Shown one piece after another: positions 20,645 through 30,765 of a stretch of 64,000 bases of DNA; the stretch's first letter is position 1; each line of letters starts with the position of its first letter. A program made the translations under genes and the position numbers. This DNA comes from Candidatus Poribacteria bacterium (lineage in GTDB: Bacteria > Poribacteria > WGA-4E > WGA-3G). The stretch is from positions 4,480,001 through 4,544,000 of the forward strand of contig OZ242029.1 of assembly GCA_965205015.1 (NCBI GenBank). Reading direction: 5' to 3'. The notes under the pieces were generated by a model. It made no database searches, had not been told where the DNA came from, and was given only the letters and a program-made list of their open reading frames with translations.

Positions 20645-21016
20645 TTATGGAAGTCCATGTTTATGGAAACCATTCGCGAGGGCTAACAAGACCAAAGCGA
20701 TCATCGCCAGTCCGAAAAGTCCGATAGCGACGTAAAGATCGGTATTCCCTTGGAAGGCGAAACTTTTCTCCAGACGCTCGTTTCCCGATTGCTGAATTCT
20801 CTTCGTGAGTACCTGCTTATCGTATGCTGTCAGCTGCTGCACGCCCGGAGATGCGAGTGCTGATCGTTCGTCGAGAAACTTTTGAATCCGCCATGCCTGC
20901 CACTTCCGCAACAAGAACCGACACAAAATGACAGTACCAGTGGTCGCGAACAAAACCGTTGCTCCCAGAAACCAATCCGTCAGGGGGAGATGCCAAGGTA
21001 GATGTTTCCCGTCCAT
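20645..21016 (-). CDS. Small membrane protein with two TM helices
   Basis: AAGGAG RBS before MDGKHLP; two hydrophobic segments. Confidence 0.6.
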   Translation of the reverse strand: MDGKHLPWHLPLTDWFLGATVLFATTGTVILCRFLLRKWQAWRIQKFLDERSALASPGVQQLTAYDKQVLTKRIQQSGNERLEKSFAFQGNTDLYVAIGLFGLAMIALVLLALANGFHKHGLP

Positions 21017-21718
21017 CGTTTTCTCCTTTCTGATAACAAAAAGAGTTAATCGGAACAAGTCGTTTCAACCGACTGATTCACTATACGTGCCTAATTTTAG
21101 TATAACATATCTGTGTATCTCTATCCCAAATTTTCTTGCGAAACTTTTTCATAGCCACGAATTGGTGTCCGCAAGTCGCTTCAGCAGACCTCCATCTTAA
21201 CGTCTCAACCCTCTCACGCAAGTCCCCATGTATTTATGCGAGATTCGCAATTTTTATGAAAATCATTTGTTTTTTTCCTGAAACTGTTGTATACTTATAG
21301 TTGCATATAGGTTTTATTATATTTTTACTTGAAAAATAATAAAATATGTCTTATTGTAACTTAAATCTACAAATTCAGGACCTCACGAATAACGCGTATG
21401 AAGACTTATAGAGACTCCCTTCTGCTGAACATATCCAGAGAAAACGTGCCGCCGTGCTGGGTCCCGGTATCTGGCTGGGGTGTCGTGAGTCAAGGCGCGA
21501 GTACCCCCCCCCTCTTAATTCACGTGAAGTAATTTTACATATTTATCTCATAAACTGCGTCCGTAGCATCGCTGCTGTCGCTGTTTTTTTCGCGCCCGCA
21601 CGCGCTGCGTTTCCACACGTCTGCCGCGTTGCGGGCTATTTTGTTGCATTGGAATTCCACCGGATGCTTTTTGCAAGTGTTGGGCGGTCCCGATACATCT
21701 ACCCTTAGGTTAACCAAA

Positions 21719-21840
21719 TAGGACTTACGCATTTTCCTTTAAAGTCCCCCTGATAAGGGGGATTTAGGGGGTTTAAAGAACAAAAATACTGCTTTTCGCG
21801 TCTAAATGTGCGATATTTTGCACAATTTGTGTAAGTCCTG
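21719..21840. mobile_element. MITE (122 bp) with terminal inverted repeats and 5-bp target duplication
   Basis: TIRs TAGGACTTACGCA / TGTGTAAGTCCTG; CCAAA direct repeat at 21714-21718 and 21841-21845; internal hairpin TCCCCCT-GATA-AGGGGGA. Confidence 0.8.
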
Positions 21841-21867
21841 CCAAACTTAAAGAAGGAGAAATCTACA

Positions 21868-23214
21868 ATGTTTAGATTCGGCATCTTATTAATTCTCTGT
21901 GTGTTCGTCTGTGTCGTATCCGTGTTTGCACACGATCCCCCCGCCGGCGAATACATACTTACACTGCTGTATGAAGGTACTGAGACAAGAAGATCGTGGG
22001 GAGATTCTCAGGTTACCATATCTGAACACACGGATGTAAATGATGTCCACGTTCATAAGTACACAGTGACTTATACTGCAGCTGAAGCGGGGTCTGATGG
22101 GACCGTGTCTATTTGGAGGTCGTACGGTGGTAAGGTGCGTCCGCATTGGCATAGCTTTCCTGCCCACCAACATGACAACTACGTGTCGCACGTGCATGGA
22201 AGCGAGCACGTTCATGCGAATCCGTCGGACACACACAATGATCCTCACGACGTGGATAACGACCACTCTCATGTAGGCACACAACAGGACTGGCATTCGC
22301 ATGCTCTTACACACCAACATGACGAATATGCGGTCCACACGCATACAACGAGACACTCTCACCCGGATCCATCGTCCGTGCACGGATACCACAACCGCTT
22401 TACTGTGTCTGAAGTGCACGAACGATCACAGGCTCCTACGACAGTGCACGAACGATCACTGATTCCTCCGACACCGACTCGTCCGACAGGGATAGGGGAC
22501 GGCACCCCAGTCGTAGAGGAAAGTGGAACCCCTGAAGGGACATCCAGTCCTCAACCTGTGGTACCTGTTGTAACAGAAAGCCCACCTCAAGAAACGCCAC
22601 CAGAGCCTCCACCGATGCAACCGATACGCGTGACGGAGTATATGGTCAGAGATTGGGCGGCCGGGATTGGTGGATTACCACAGTGGATTGAGGTGTATAA
22701 CCCCAACACCGAGGAAACCGTCAACCTCAAAGGCTACACGTTCCAATATGCCACCCGACGGTCTGCCAACGCCCCCCATAAAGTCCACACACTGACGCTC
22801 GCTGGAGCAGAGGATGGTTTCAGCATAGCGGGAGGCGGCGTCGCTATCCTATCAACCGGAAAAGTTTCGGCATGGCGATTTTCCGGTATTGGAGCCTCCC
22901 AGGTCTACAACTTGAGCATAGACAACGTCCTCAAACGCGGGTGGGTGTTGACGGATGCCGATGGCAAGGAGATTCACCGTCTCGGTAGGGCTGCCTTTAG
23001 TGCGTTAGGGGATCCGGTGGCACCGCTCCATCAGAATAAGGCGCGTGTCTCTCATCAGGTCGTCCCGAGCGAGTCGCCCCCGGAGGTTTATTACTATGGA
23101 CATCGGGAAGACATGGGGTCTCCTGGTTTCTACAAGCAACCGGCGCCGGCGGCCCCGAGCGCGGTCAAACGCAAGCGAGTCGGCACTTGGGCGAGTCTTA
23201 AACGAACACCGTGA
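21868..23214 (+). CDS. Secreted His-rich protein with Pro/Thr linker and lamin-tail-like domain
   Basis: Signal peptide; HxH repeats; VTEYM...PQWIEVYNP...VNLKGY (LTD-like); C-terminus VGTWASLK; RBS AAGGAG. Confidence 0.8.
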   Translation: MFRFGILLILCVFVCVVSVFAHDPPAGEYILTLLYEGTETRRSWGDSQVTISEHTDVNDVHVHKYTVTYTAAEAGSDGTVSIWRSYGGKVRPHWHSFPAHQHDNYVSHVHGSEHVHANPSDTHNDPHDVDNDHSHVGTQQDWHSHALTHQHDEYAVHTHTTRHSHPDPSSVHGYHNRFTVSEVHERSQAPTTVHERSLIPPTPTRPTGIGDGTPVVEESGTPEGTSSPQPVVPVVTESPPQETPPEPPPMQPIRVTEYMVRDWAAGIGGLPQWIEVYNPNTEETVNLKGYTFQYATRRSANAPHKVHTLTLAGAEDGFSIAGGGVAILSTGKVSAWRFSGIGASQVYNLSIDNVLKRGWVLTDADGKEIHRLGRAAFSALGDPVAPLHQNKARVSHQVVPSESPPEVYYYGHREDMGSPGFYKQPAPAAPSAVKRKRVGTWASLKRTP

Positions 23215-23242
23215 TAGCCCTTAAATTTTACGGCTTAGCTAT

Positions 23243-23304
23243 GGAGATGCAGAGATACGTATGATGACAACGAGCGTTAAATCATCATACCGTTCTGCAT
23301 CTTC
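23243..23304. terminator. Long hairpin downstream of the His-rich gene
   Basis: GAGATGCAGA..GTATGATGA pairs with TCATCATAC..TCTGCATCT. Confidence 0.5.
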
Positions 23305-23624
23305 AACAATCCCTTGAGAGGATTAGGAAAAATCATCGCCAAACACCAGCAAAAAATTTCATAAATTGCTATACACCCGCCGCCCCGCTGAGGCTCTGTC
23401 TTCCCTGAAACGCTTTTCTACACACATACCGTCCTGACAAGATTGAAGACATCAGAATACGCACAATTACCAAAATCTGCCCTATCCGCGTCATCGGCGA
23501 TTCAGATAAAAATAAAAATTTTGTTTGACATTGCCCGATGCTCATGCTAAATTAGGTCTGCCTGCGAGATGCAGGCTTCATTGGAAAAATGTATTCTAAA
23601 ACCTCTTCACAGGAGATTTGTAAA

Positions 23625-24431
23625 ATGACAAAAAATTGGGCAATACTATGCATTCTGGCGGTAGTGGGGTTGGCATTCATCCCACTGCAGAGTTTTGCGG
23701 CAGTCGACAGTGAAACCGCTGTCGGTGTCTGGCTCTTTGACGATGGCGATGTTAGCGATTCCAGCAGTTACGGAAACGACGGCGAACTTATGAACGGCGC
23801 AGAGGTTACCGATGGCGGCAAGTGGGGAAAAGCCCTCAGCCTCGACGGTGACGATGACTACGTCAATATCGCAAATTCAGAAAGTTTAGACAGCACAGCT
23901 GAAGCCTACACCGGTGTCGCATGGGTAAAGCTCGAAAGAAAAGGCGATCCGCACAGTGCGTGTTGCGCAGACGATCACATGGTCATCGCCTTTACGACCG
24001 ATTGGAACAATATTCTGAACGTTTTCGGTCCCGGCAGAAGTGGAAATCAGGGGAAAGTCGAAGTCGGTAGCCGTGAACTGAATCCGCGTTGGCTCTTCGG
24101 ACCCACCGCTGTTAACGATGATCAGTGGCATCACCTCGCTTTCACCTATGATGGTGCCAAGAAAATCCTCTACATCAATGGCGAAGTTGACGTCGATCAA
24201 GATACAACCGGGGTCTTCGGTGTGGCAGGTGTTGATGTCCATTTAGGCGGAACACCCACGCAACGACAGGCATTAGGATTGATGGACGAGATCGGCATTT
24301 TCAATGTGCCACTCGAACAAGCCGACATCCAGAACATAATGAACGATGGTCTTGGCTCTGTGCTCGGTTTAACGCCTGTCACGCCGCAAGGACGGCTGAC
24401 AACAACGTGGGCGGACATTAAATCACAATAA
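23625..24431 (+). CDS. Secreted LamG-like jellyroll protein
   Basis: AGGAG RBS; GVWLFDD, GKWGKALSLDG, WHHLAFTYDG, MDEIGIFN; C-terminus PVTPQGRLTTTWADIK; TTGACA promoter near 23525. Confidence 0.9.
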   Translation: MTKNWAILCILAVVGLAFIPLQSFAAVDSETAVGVWLFDDGDVSDSSSYGNDGELMNGAEVTDGGKWGKALSLDGDDDYVNIANSESLDSTAEAYTGVAWVKLERKGDPHSACCADDHMVIAFTTDWNNILNVFGPGRSGNQGKVEVGSRELNPRWLFGPTAVNDDQWHHLAFTYDGAKKILYINGEVDVDQDTTGVFGVAGVDVHLGGTPTQRQALGLMDEIGIFNVPLEQADIQNIMNDGLGSVLGLTPVTPQGRLTTTWADIKSQ

Positions 24432-24501
24432 TTAAGTTAGATATAGTGGTAGTGGACGGGGTTGAAACTCCGTCCCTATACACTCCTATTCCCTCGAACC
24501 T

Positions 24502-25665
24502 ATGACCCCATTCAAATGTGTCCTCGCGCTCTTGATACTGTCCCTGACACCATTTAGCATTGCAGCACCGAGATACCATCCCGAAGCGGCACGGTTATAT
24601 GACGCTGGATTACGCGCGCTCGCTCACGGAGAGCAGGAAAAAGCGAGAATCGCCTTAGAGAGAGCCGTCACACGGGATGCGTCGTTAGCGGACGCACACT
24701 GCGTCTTGGGATTGATTTATAAAGGTGCTGAGGAGACCCATGCCGCGGCTGAAGCGTTTCAACAGGCAACGATCGCAGATGAAAACTATATCGAGGCATA
24801 TTATGAGCTGGGTGATGTGCTACTCGTTCACTTAGGCGACACCGCACAGGCAACACAGGTCCTACAGAAAGCAATCGCGCTGGATGCCGATCACGCACGC
24901 ATACGGACACTATTGGGCATCGCCTATTTTCGGGATAATCGCACCGATGCTGCCATTCGTGAACTTCAGCACGCACTTAAACGCGACCCAACTTCGCTGG
25001 CGGCACGCTATACGCTCGGTAACGCCTTTCTTCAACAAGAAGCGTGGCAGTCTGCTATTGATACTTTCAAAGCACTCATTGAAATCGATCCGTTCCACGC
25101 GAAGGCACATTTTTCCTTAGGCACCGCGTATCGCCGCATTGGAAAATCAGAAACAGCACAGCGGAATTTACAACGTTTTGAGATTCTGTCTATTGAGGAA
25201 GAACAATTGACACATCTCAAGCGATTTGTGAAGCAAAACCCTACCAATCCCGAGCCGTGGTACCGACTCGGTAGAATCCAACTCAAGCGGCAACTCTGGG
25301 CTGAGGCAACGCACTCTTTGGAACGTTACATCACACTTGCACCTCAAGAGACTCGAGGCTATGAAGCACTCGGATACGTTCACTTTCAAGGGCAGAACTA
25401 CAAACGATCGGTAGCGATGTACCAAAAAGCAATTCAGCGGAAACCGAATGTTGCAACGTACCGCAACAGCCTTGCGGGTGCTTATGTGATGTTAAAGCAG
25501 TATTCCGAAGCGATAGAGCAATATCAAACAGCCATTCATTTAAAGCCCGCCGAACCGCGTTTCTATCTCAACCTTTCCAAAGCTTACGAACGCATTGGGG
25601 CACACACAGAAGCCAAAAAGACCTATCAAGAATATGAACGTCTCACGTCAAAAGCCACAAAATAG
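24502..25665 (+). CDS. Secreted tetratricopeptide repeat protein
   Basis: Signal peptide followed by about 10 TPR units (AYYELG, ARYTLG, AHFSLG, PWYRLG). Confidence 0.9.
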   Translation: MTPFKCVLALLILSLTPFSIAAPRYHPEAARLYDAGLRALAHGEQEKARIALERAVTRDASLADAHCVLGLIYKGAEETHAAAEAFQQATIADENYIEAYYELGDVLLVHLGDTAQATQVLQKAIALDADHARIRTLLGIAYFRDNRTDAAIRELQHALKRDPTSLAARYTLGNAFLQQEAWQSAIDTFKALIEIDPFHAKAHFSLGTAYRRIGKSETAQRNLQRFEILSIEEEQLTHLKRFVKQNPTNPEPWYRLGRIQLKRQLWAEATHSLERYITLAPQETRGYEALGYVHFQGQNYKRSVAMYQKAIQRKPNVATYRNSLAGAYVMLKQYSEAIEQYQTAIHLKPAEPRFYLNLSKAYERIGAHTEAKKTYQEYERLTSKATK

Positions 25666-25693
25666 CAGTCGGCAGTCGGCAGTCGGCAGTCGG
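25666..25693 (+). repeat. Tandem heptamer (CAGTCGG)x4
   Basis: Directly visible immediately after the TPR stop codon. Confidence 0.85.
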
Positions 25694-25756
25694 AGAAATG
25701 GTAGTCGGTTTTTACCATCAATTTGTGCCTTAACACTTTCATCAAGGTGCGCGTTG

Positions 25757-26611
25757 ATGGTAAAAGCTGTCGGTTATCGGTTAAACGAAAACCTCTTACC
25801 GAAAACTGAGAACCGAAGACTGATAACCCTCTTACTTTATGCCCTCTTGGCGTTTTCTCCCTGCGCGTGGGCTGCACTTGAAATGTGTCTCATCCCCGCG
25901 GGATATTTTACTATGGGCAGCGATGACGATCTGCCGAATGAAGCACCGGCACACAAAATCTATCTGGCTGCCTATTATATCGGCAAAACGGAGGTAACCA
26001 ACGCTGAATACCATCAGTTTTGGCTCGAAAACGGTGGCGTCGGTAATGAACACACCCCGATCAGTTATGACGGTGAATTTGGGACCTGGCCCCGCATCGC
26101 AAAAACGAAACCCAATCATCCCGTCATAGGCGTATCGTGGCATTCTGCCGTCGCCTACGCGACGTGGCGCGGCATGCGGCTACCGACTGAAGCGGAATGG
26201 GAAAAAGCGGCACGCGGGACAAACGCCAGACGGTGGCCCTGGGGTAATACCTTCACACAACGTATCAACGAAACAACCGTCCATGCCAACACGTGGAAGC
26301 AATCGAGGGGGCATCCGAAACCCGTTGGTGCCTATCCTACAGGGGCAAGTCCTTACGGCGCACATGACATGGCGGGTAACGTCTGGGAGTGGGTGGCTGA
26401 CTGGTATTCCGAAACCTACTATCATCACAGTCCCAATCGAAACCCAAAAGGACCAATGGTTGGGAGTCGTCGCGTTGTAAGAGGCGGATCGTGGTTGAAC
26501 AAGGAAAAGTTAGCGAGATGTTCCACGCGAATTGGGCAATACCCGGCGATCGGGACCAGTTTTATCGGATTCCGACTCGCGAAAGACGCGGAACTTGTGC
26601 ATGAAAAATAA
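25757..26611 (+). CDS. Formylglycine-generating enzyme (SUMF1/FGE-sulfatase) domain protein
   Basis: IPAGYFTMGS, EVTNAEY, RLPTEAEWEKAARG, DMAGNVWEW, RGGSW, IGFR; start uncertain (ORF open from 25595). Confidence 0.88.
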   Translation: MVKAVGYRLNENLLPKTENRRLITLLLYALLAFSPCAWAALEMCLIPAGYFTMGSDDDLPNEAPAHKIYLAAYYIGKTEVTNAEYHQFWLENGGVGNEHTPISYDGEFGTWPRIAKTKPNHPVIGVSWHSAVAYATWRGMRLPTEAEWEKAARGTNARRWPWGNTFTQRINETTVHANTWKQSRGHPKPVGAYPTGASPYGAHDMAGNVWEWVADWYSETYYHHSPNRNPKGPMVGSRRVVRGGSWLNKEKLARCSTRIGQYPAIGTSFIGFRLAKDAELVHEK

Positions 26612-28814
26612 AAGCATCCACCTCCTCATAATACTCCTTATAGGGTTATCAACGATCAACAGTCAGCATTGTCCCGCAGGTTTCCCATACGCGGCTTGCG
26701 TCGCAATCAGCAAAGGAACCGTCAACGGGCTCGCTGATAGCCACTCTACAGCGATCCAATTCGTTGATGTGACTGCGGAGGCAGGCATCGATTTTAGGCA
26801 CATCAATGGCGCTGAAGGGGCATATCATCTGCCCGAAACCCTCGGTGCTGGGGGTGCCTTTTTCGATGCCGACAGTGACGGTGCCTTGGACATCTACCTT
26901 GTTAACAGTGGCTATTGGAAGGAATCGTCCGCAACAGATGCAGCACTTAGTGCACTCTACCGTAACAACGGTGATGGAACTTTTACCGACATCACAGTGA
27001 CTGCAGGCGTTGGCAACCGCGGCAACTATGGACAAGGCGCAGCGTGCGCAGATTACGACAACGACGGCGATGTAGATCTTTACGTGACCAATTTCGGTGT
27101 CAATATGCTCTATCGCAATAATGGTGATAGCACCTTTACAGAGGTCACGGCTCATGCAGGGGTCGGCGACCCAGCTTGGAGTAGCAGCGCGTGTTTTCTG
27201 GACTATAATCGGGACGGATACCTCGATCTGTTCGTTGTTAACTACCTTGTGTACTCAACGGATGCTCCCTACCGTCCCTGCGGAGAAGATGGGGTTCAAA
27301 CCTATTGTCATCCCTCCCTGTATGAAGGCGCGCCTGATACGCTCTACCGTAATAACGGCGACGGAACTTTTACGGATGTCAGTCAGGAAGCCGGTGTTGG
27401 CGGTATTGGCGGCTTGTTTCACGGGAAAGGGTTAGGGGTCGTTTCAGCCGACTTCAACAACGATGGTGTTCCAGACCTTTATGTCGCAAACGACGATACC
27501 CGAAACGATTTTTTCTATAACAACGGTGATGGAACGTTCAGTGAAATTTCGCTGCTGGCTGGCTGTGCTTACAGTTTTAACGGCGTTGCACAAGCGGGGA
27601 TGGGGGTTGCCACTGACGATTACAACGGCGATGGCTGGTTTGATATTTTCGTTACGAACCTCTCTTATGAAACCAACGCGCTTTACCGGAACAACGGCGA
27701 CGGGACGTTCACGGATGTCGTTTATGAAACACATCTCGGTAAAGAGAGTTACCTGTTCGTCGGATTCGGCACAGGCTTCCTCGATGCGGACAACGATGGT
27801 TGGCGGGATATATTCATCGCGAATGGGCACATCATTGACAATATTGAAGACACACACGACATCCTGACCTATCGTCAACGGGATCAGATTTTCCGTAATC
27901 GAGGAGATAGCACATTTCAAGAGGTATCAGCAAACGCAGGGGACTATTTTCAAAGTGCTGCAGTAAGCCGCGGTGCACTTTTCGGTGATTATGATAACGA
28001 CGGCGATGTCGATATGCTCGTCACACAGTCTAATGGTCCTGTAACCTTATTGCGAAACGAGACCGGAACACAACACAACTGGGTTCGGATTAAAACCGTC
28101 GGTGTTATCAGCAGTCGGGACGGAATAGGGACGCGCGTTCTCTTGACAGCAGGCGGACACACACAAGTCCAGGAGGTCAGTCGAGGCGCAAGTTACCTGT
28201 CCAGTCACGACAGTCGACTCCACTTCGGCGTGGGAGCGCATGCTGTCATTGATAGGCTTGAAGTGCGGTGGCAGAGTGGTGTTGTACAAGTCTTTGAACA
28301 TCTCCCAACCAATCGGGAACACGTCCTCTCCGAGTTTTCAGACACACCCGAGGACAAACTCTTCAAAGCCGCATGGACGGGTGATATGACGAACCTTCAC
28401 AATACGAGTGCGAGTATGAATATAAAAGATGCACTCGGCAGGACTCCATTGCACATCGCCGCAGAAAAGGGGTACGAAGACGTAGTGATGCTTCTCGTTG
28501 AAAACGAAGCAGACGTGAACCTCACAGATGCCAAGGGTAATACACCCCTAATCTTTATTATCCACAAAACGGGAAATCTGGAGATTACCAAAAGATTGAT
28601 TGCAAAAGGTGCGGTCGTCAATGCTCAAAATCGGACCGGTGAAACGGCGTTGATGTATGCGGCGTGGCGCGGGCATTCAGAGATTGTCGAGCTTCTGCTT
28701 GAAAACCGCGCCGATGCCTCCGTGAAAAATAGACAAGGCGACACAGCACTGACGTTAGCAGAATCGAGAGGGCATCTCGACATTGTGCAGATGCTCCAAA
28801 CCATCACAGAATAG
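26601..28814 (+). CDS. CRTAC1-like FG-GAP/ASPIC-UnbV protein with C-terminal ankyrin repeats
   Basis: DYDNDGDVDLYVTN repeats, LYRNNGDGTFTDV, GASYLSSHDSRLHFG (UnbV), GRTPLHIAA/GETALMYAA ankyrins. Confidence 0.9.
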   Translation: MKNKSIHLLIILLIGLSTINSQHCPAGFPYAACVAISKGTVNGLADSHSTAIQFVDVTAEAGIDFRHINGAEGAYHLPETLGAGGAFFDADSDGALDIYLVNSGYWKESSATDAALSALYRNNGDGTFTDITVTAGVGNRGNYGQGAACADYDNDGDVDLYVTNFGVNMLYRNNGDSTFTEVTAHAGVGDPAWSSSACFLDYNRDGYLDLFVVNYLVYSTDAPYRPCGEDGVQTYCHPSLYEGAPDTLYRNNGDGTFTDVSQEAGVGGIGGLFHGKGLGVVSADFNNDGVPDLYVANDDTRNDFFYNNGDGTFSEISLLAGCAYSFNGVAQAGMGVATDDYNGDGWFDIFVTNLSYETNALYRNNGDGTFTDVVYETHLGKESYLFVGFGTGFLDADNDGWRDIFIANGHIIDNIEDTHDILTYRQRDQIFRNRGDSTFQEVSANAGDYFQSAAVSRGALFGDYDNDGDVDMLVTQSNGPVTLLRNETGTQHNWVRIKTVGVISSRDGIGTRVLLTAGGHTQVQEVSRGASYLSSHDSRLHFGVGAHAVIDRLEVRWQSGVVQVFEHLPTNREHVLSEFSDTPEDKLFKAAWTGDMTNLHNTSASMNIKDALGRTPLHIAAEKGYEDVVMLLVENEADVNLTDAKGNTPLIFIIHKTGNLEITKRLIAKGAVVNAQNRTGETALMYAAWRGHSEIVELLLENRADASVKNRQGDTALTLAESRGHLDIVQMLQTITE

Positions 28815-28854
28815 GCACACCCATGAAAGATTGCAAACACTACAGGAGCGCTAC

Positions 28855-30765
28855 ATGCCTTCGGCTTTAACCCGCGGTGTCACCTTCAAATCGGTTATAT
28901 TATCTCTCATCCTTATCCCGATCAACTGCTATTGGATTATGTACACGGAGATGGTCTGGTGGGGGCTTTTTCCGACAACAATGTCCCTATTTTTCAATGC
29001 AGTCTTCTTCGTATTTACGATCACGCTTCTCAATCTACTTGTCCGGCGGATAAACCAGCAGTGGGCATTGACGCACGGCGAACTCCTCGTTATCTATGTG
29101 ATGCTTTGCATGGCGAGCGCGATTGCTTCACACGACCATACACAAGTGCTTATTCCTATGATCGGGCATGTCTTCTGGTTCGATACCCCTGAAAACGAAT
29201 GGCGAGAACTTTTATACCGATACATGCCGACATGGGGGACAGTCCAAGATAAAGGAATTTTAGAGGGGTTTTACGAAGGGCAAACCACGTTTTATCGCGC
29301 AGAGGTCCTACAAGCATGGCTCGGTCCGACCCTGTGGTGGACGAGTTTCATCGTCGTGCTTGTGTTTGTGATGCTGTGTATTAACGTTGTACTCCGGAAG
29401 CAGTGGACCGAACGTGAGAAACTCGCCTACCCCATCATCCAATTGCCGTTAGAAATGACGCGGAACAGTGGTGCGAACTTCTTCAGAAGTAAACCCTTTT
29501 GGACGGCGTTTATCCTCGTTTCGTTGCTGAACCTTATTAACGGGTTCAGTTACCTCTTCCCGACGATCCCGATCATTGGCGTTCGGTTTCGGAATATCAG
29601 CCAATTCTTCACGGAAAAACCGTGGAATGCTATCGGTTGGACACCGTTTTCTATCTATCCGTTTGTCATCGGACTCGGATTCTTTATGCCTCTGGATTTA
29701 TCGTTCTCTTGCTGGTTTTTCTACCTGTTTCGCAAGATGCAACGGGTCGCTGGTGCCATCATCGGGGTTCGGGGATTACCCGGGTTTCCTTACGATCGCC
29801 AACAGTCACTGGGTGCGTATCTTGGGCTTGCGATTTTCGCGATATGGGCAAGCCGAAAATATCTCGCTGAAGTCTTTAGGCAGGTTGTCAGGGGACACTC
29901 CAGCCTTGATGAATCCGTTGAACCGATGCGATACCGAACTGCCGTTGTGGGTATTGTGTTGGGATGTATCTATCTCATCGCGTTTTCAGTGAAGATCGGC
30001 ATCAGTATTTCGCTCGGTATCGCTTTCTTTGTGATGTATTTCGCGTTGTCAACCGGGATTACACGGATGCGGGTAGAATCCGGTGCCCCTGCCCACGATC
30101 TCCATTTCATGGGTCCTGATTACGCTTTACCGGCGATTCTGGGTTCGCGGGGCATGGGGGGACCGAACCTGACAGCACTCTCTTTCCTATTTTTCTTTAA
30201 TCGTGCACACCGCAGTCATCCAATGCCGCATCAGTTAGAAGGGTTCCAACTTGCTTCGCGTGCGCGGTTTAATCCGAAACCTCTGGTGTGGGTAATGCTC
30301 CTTGCTGCCCTTGTCGGTTCGATCGGTTCTTTCTGGGCATATCTCCATGATGTATATCATTTTGGGGCGAGTGGCGGTTTTGCACGCCATCCCTTCAATC
30401 GGTTGCAACAACAACTCAATTTCCCGATGGGACCGAATGTTCCTGAAGTGACTGCGATGGGTATCGGTATGGGATTCACGTTCCTTTTGATGTTTTTACG
30501 GATGCGTTTCTTTTGGTGGCCCTTCCATGCCGTTGGTTATGCTGTTTCAGGTGCGGCGGATTGGTGTATGAACTGGCTCTGGATCTCACTCGTGATTAGC
30601 ACGACCGCAAAATGGCTGATTATCAAACAGGGGGGCTTGCAGTTGCATCGAAAGGCGGCACCGTTCTTCCTCGGCTTAATTCTCGGTGAGTTCGTCGCTG
30701 GAAGTTTATGGAGTTTCTACGGGATGGCAACAGAAACGCGCATATTTCCTTTTAAAGATTGGTAA
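28855..30765 (+). CDS. Polytopic membrane protein (DUF6785/DUF6784-like putative transporter)
   Basis: Many TM helices; LRKQWTEREKLAYPIIQLP, WWPFHAVGY, PFFLGLILGE; AGGAG RBS. Confidence 0.7.
   Translation: MPSALTRGVTFKSVILSLILIPINCYWIMYTEMVWWGLFPTTMSLFFNAVFFVFTITLLNLLVRRINQQWALTHGELLVIYVMLCMASAIASHDHTQVLIPMIGHVFWFDTPENEWRELLYRYMPTWGTVQDKGILEGFYEGQTTFYRAEVLQAWLGPTLWWTSFIVVLVFVMLCINVVLRKQWTEREKLAYPIIQLPLEMTRNSGANFFRSKPFWTAFILVSLLNLINGFSYLFPTIPIIGVRFRNISQFFTEKPWNAIGWTPFSIYPFVIGLGFFMPLDLSFSCWFFYLFRKMQRVAGAIIGVRGLPGFPYDRQQSLGAYLGLAIFAIWASRKYLAEVFRQVVRGHSSLDESVEPMRYRTAVVGIVLGCIYLIAFSVKIGISISLGIAFFVMYFALSTGITRMRVESGAPAHDLHFMGPDYALPAILGSRGMGGPNLTALSFLFFFNRAHRSHPMPHQLEGFQLASRARFNPKPLVWVMLLAALVGSIGSFWAYLHDVYHFGASGGFARHPFNRLQQQLNFPMGPNVPEVTAMGIGMGFTFLLMFLRMRFFWWPFHAVGYAVSGAADWCMNWLWISLVISTTAKWLIIKQGGLQLHRKAAPFFLGLILGEFVAGSLWSFYGMATETRIFPFKDW

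Noticed and set aside
25666-25693. Tandem repeat considered as a CRISPR array
   Set aside because: 7-bp units without spacers and no cas genes.
26601-28300. Recurrent AACAACGGxGAxGGAAC sequences
   Set aside because: They encode FG-GAP protein repeats (NNGDGTF) and are not an independent DNA array.
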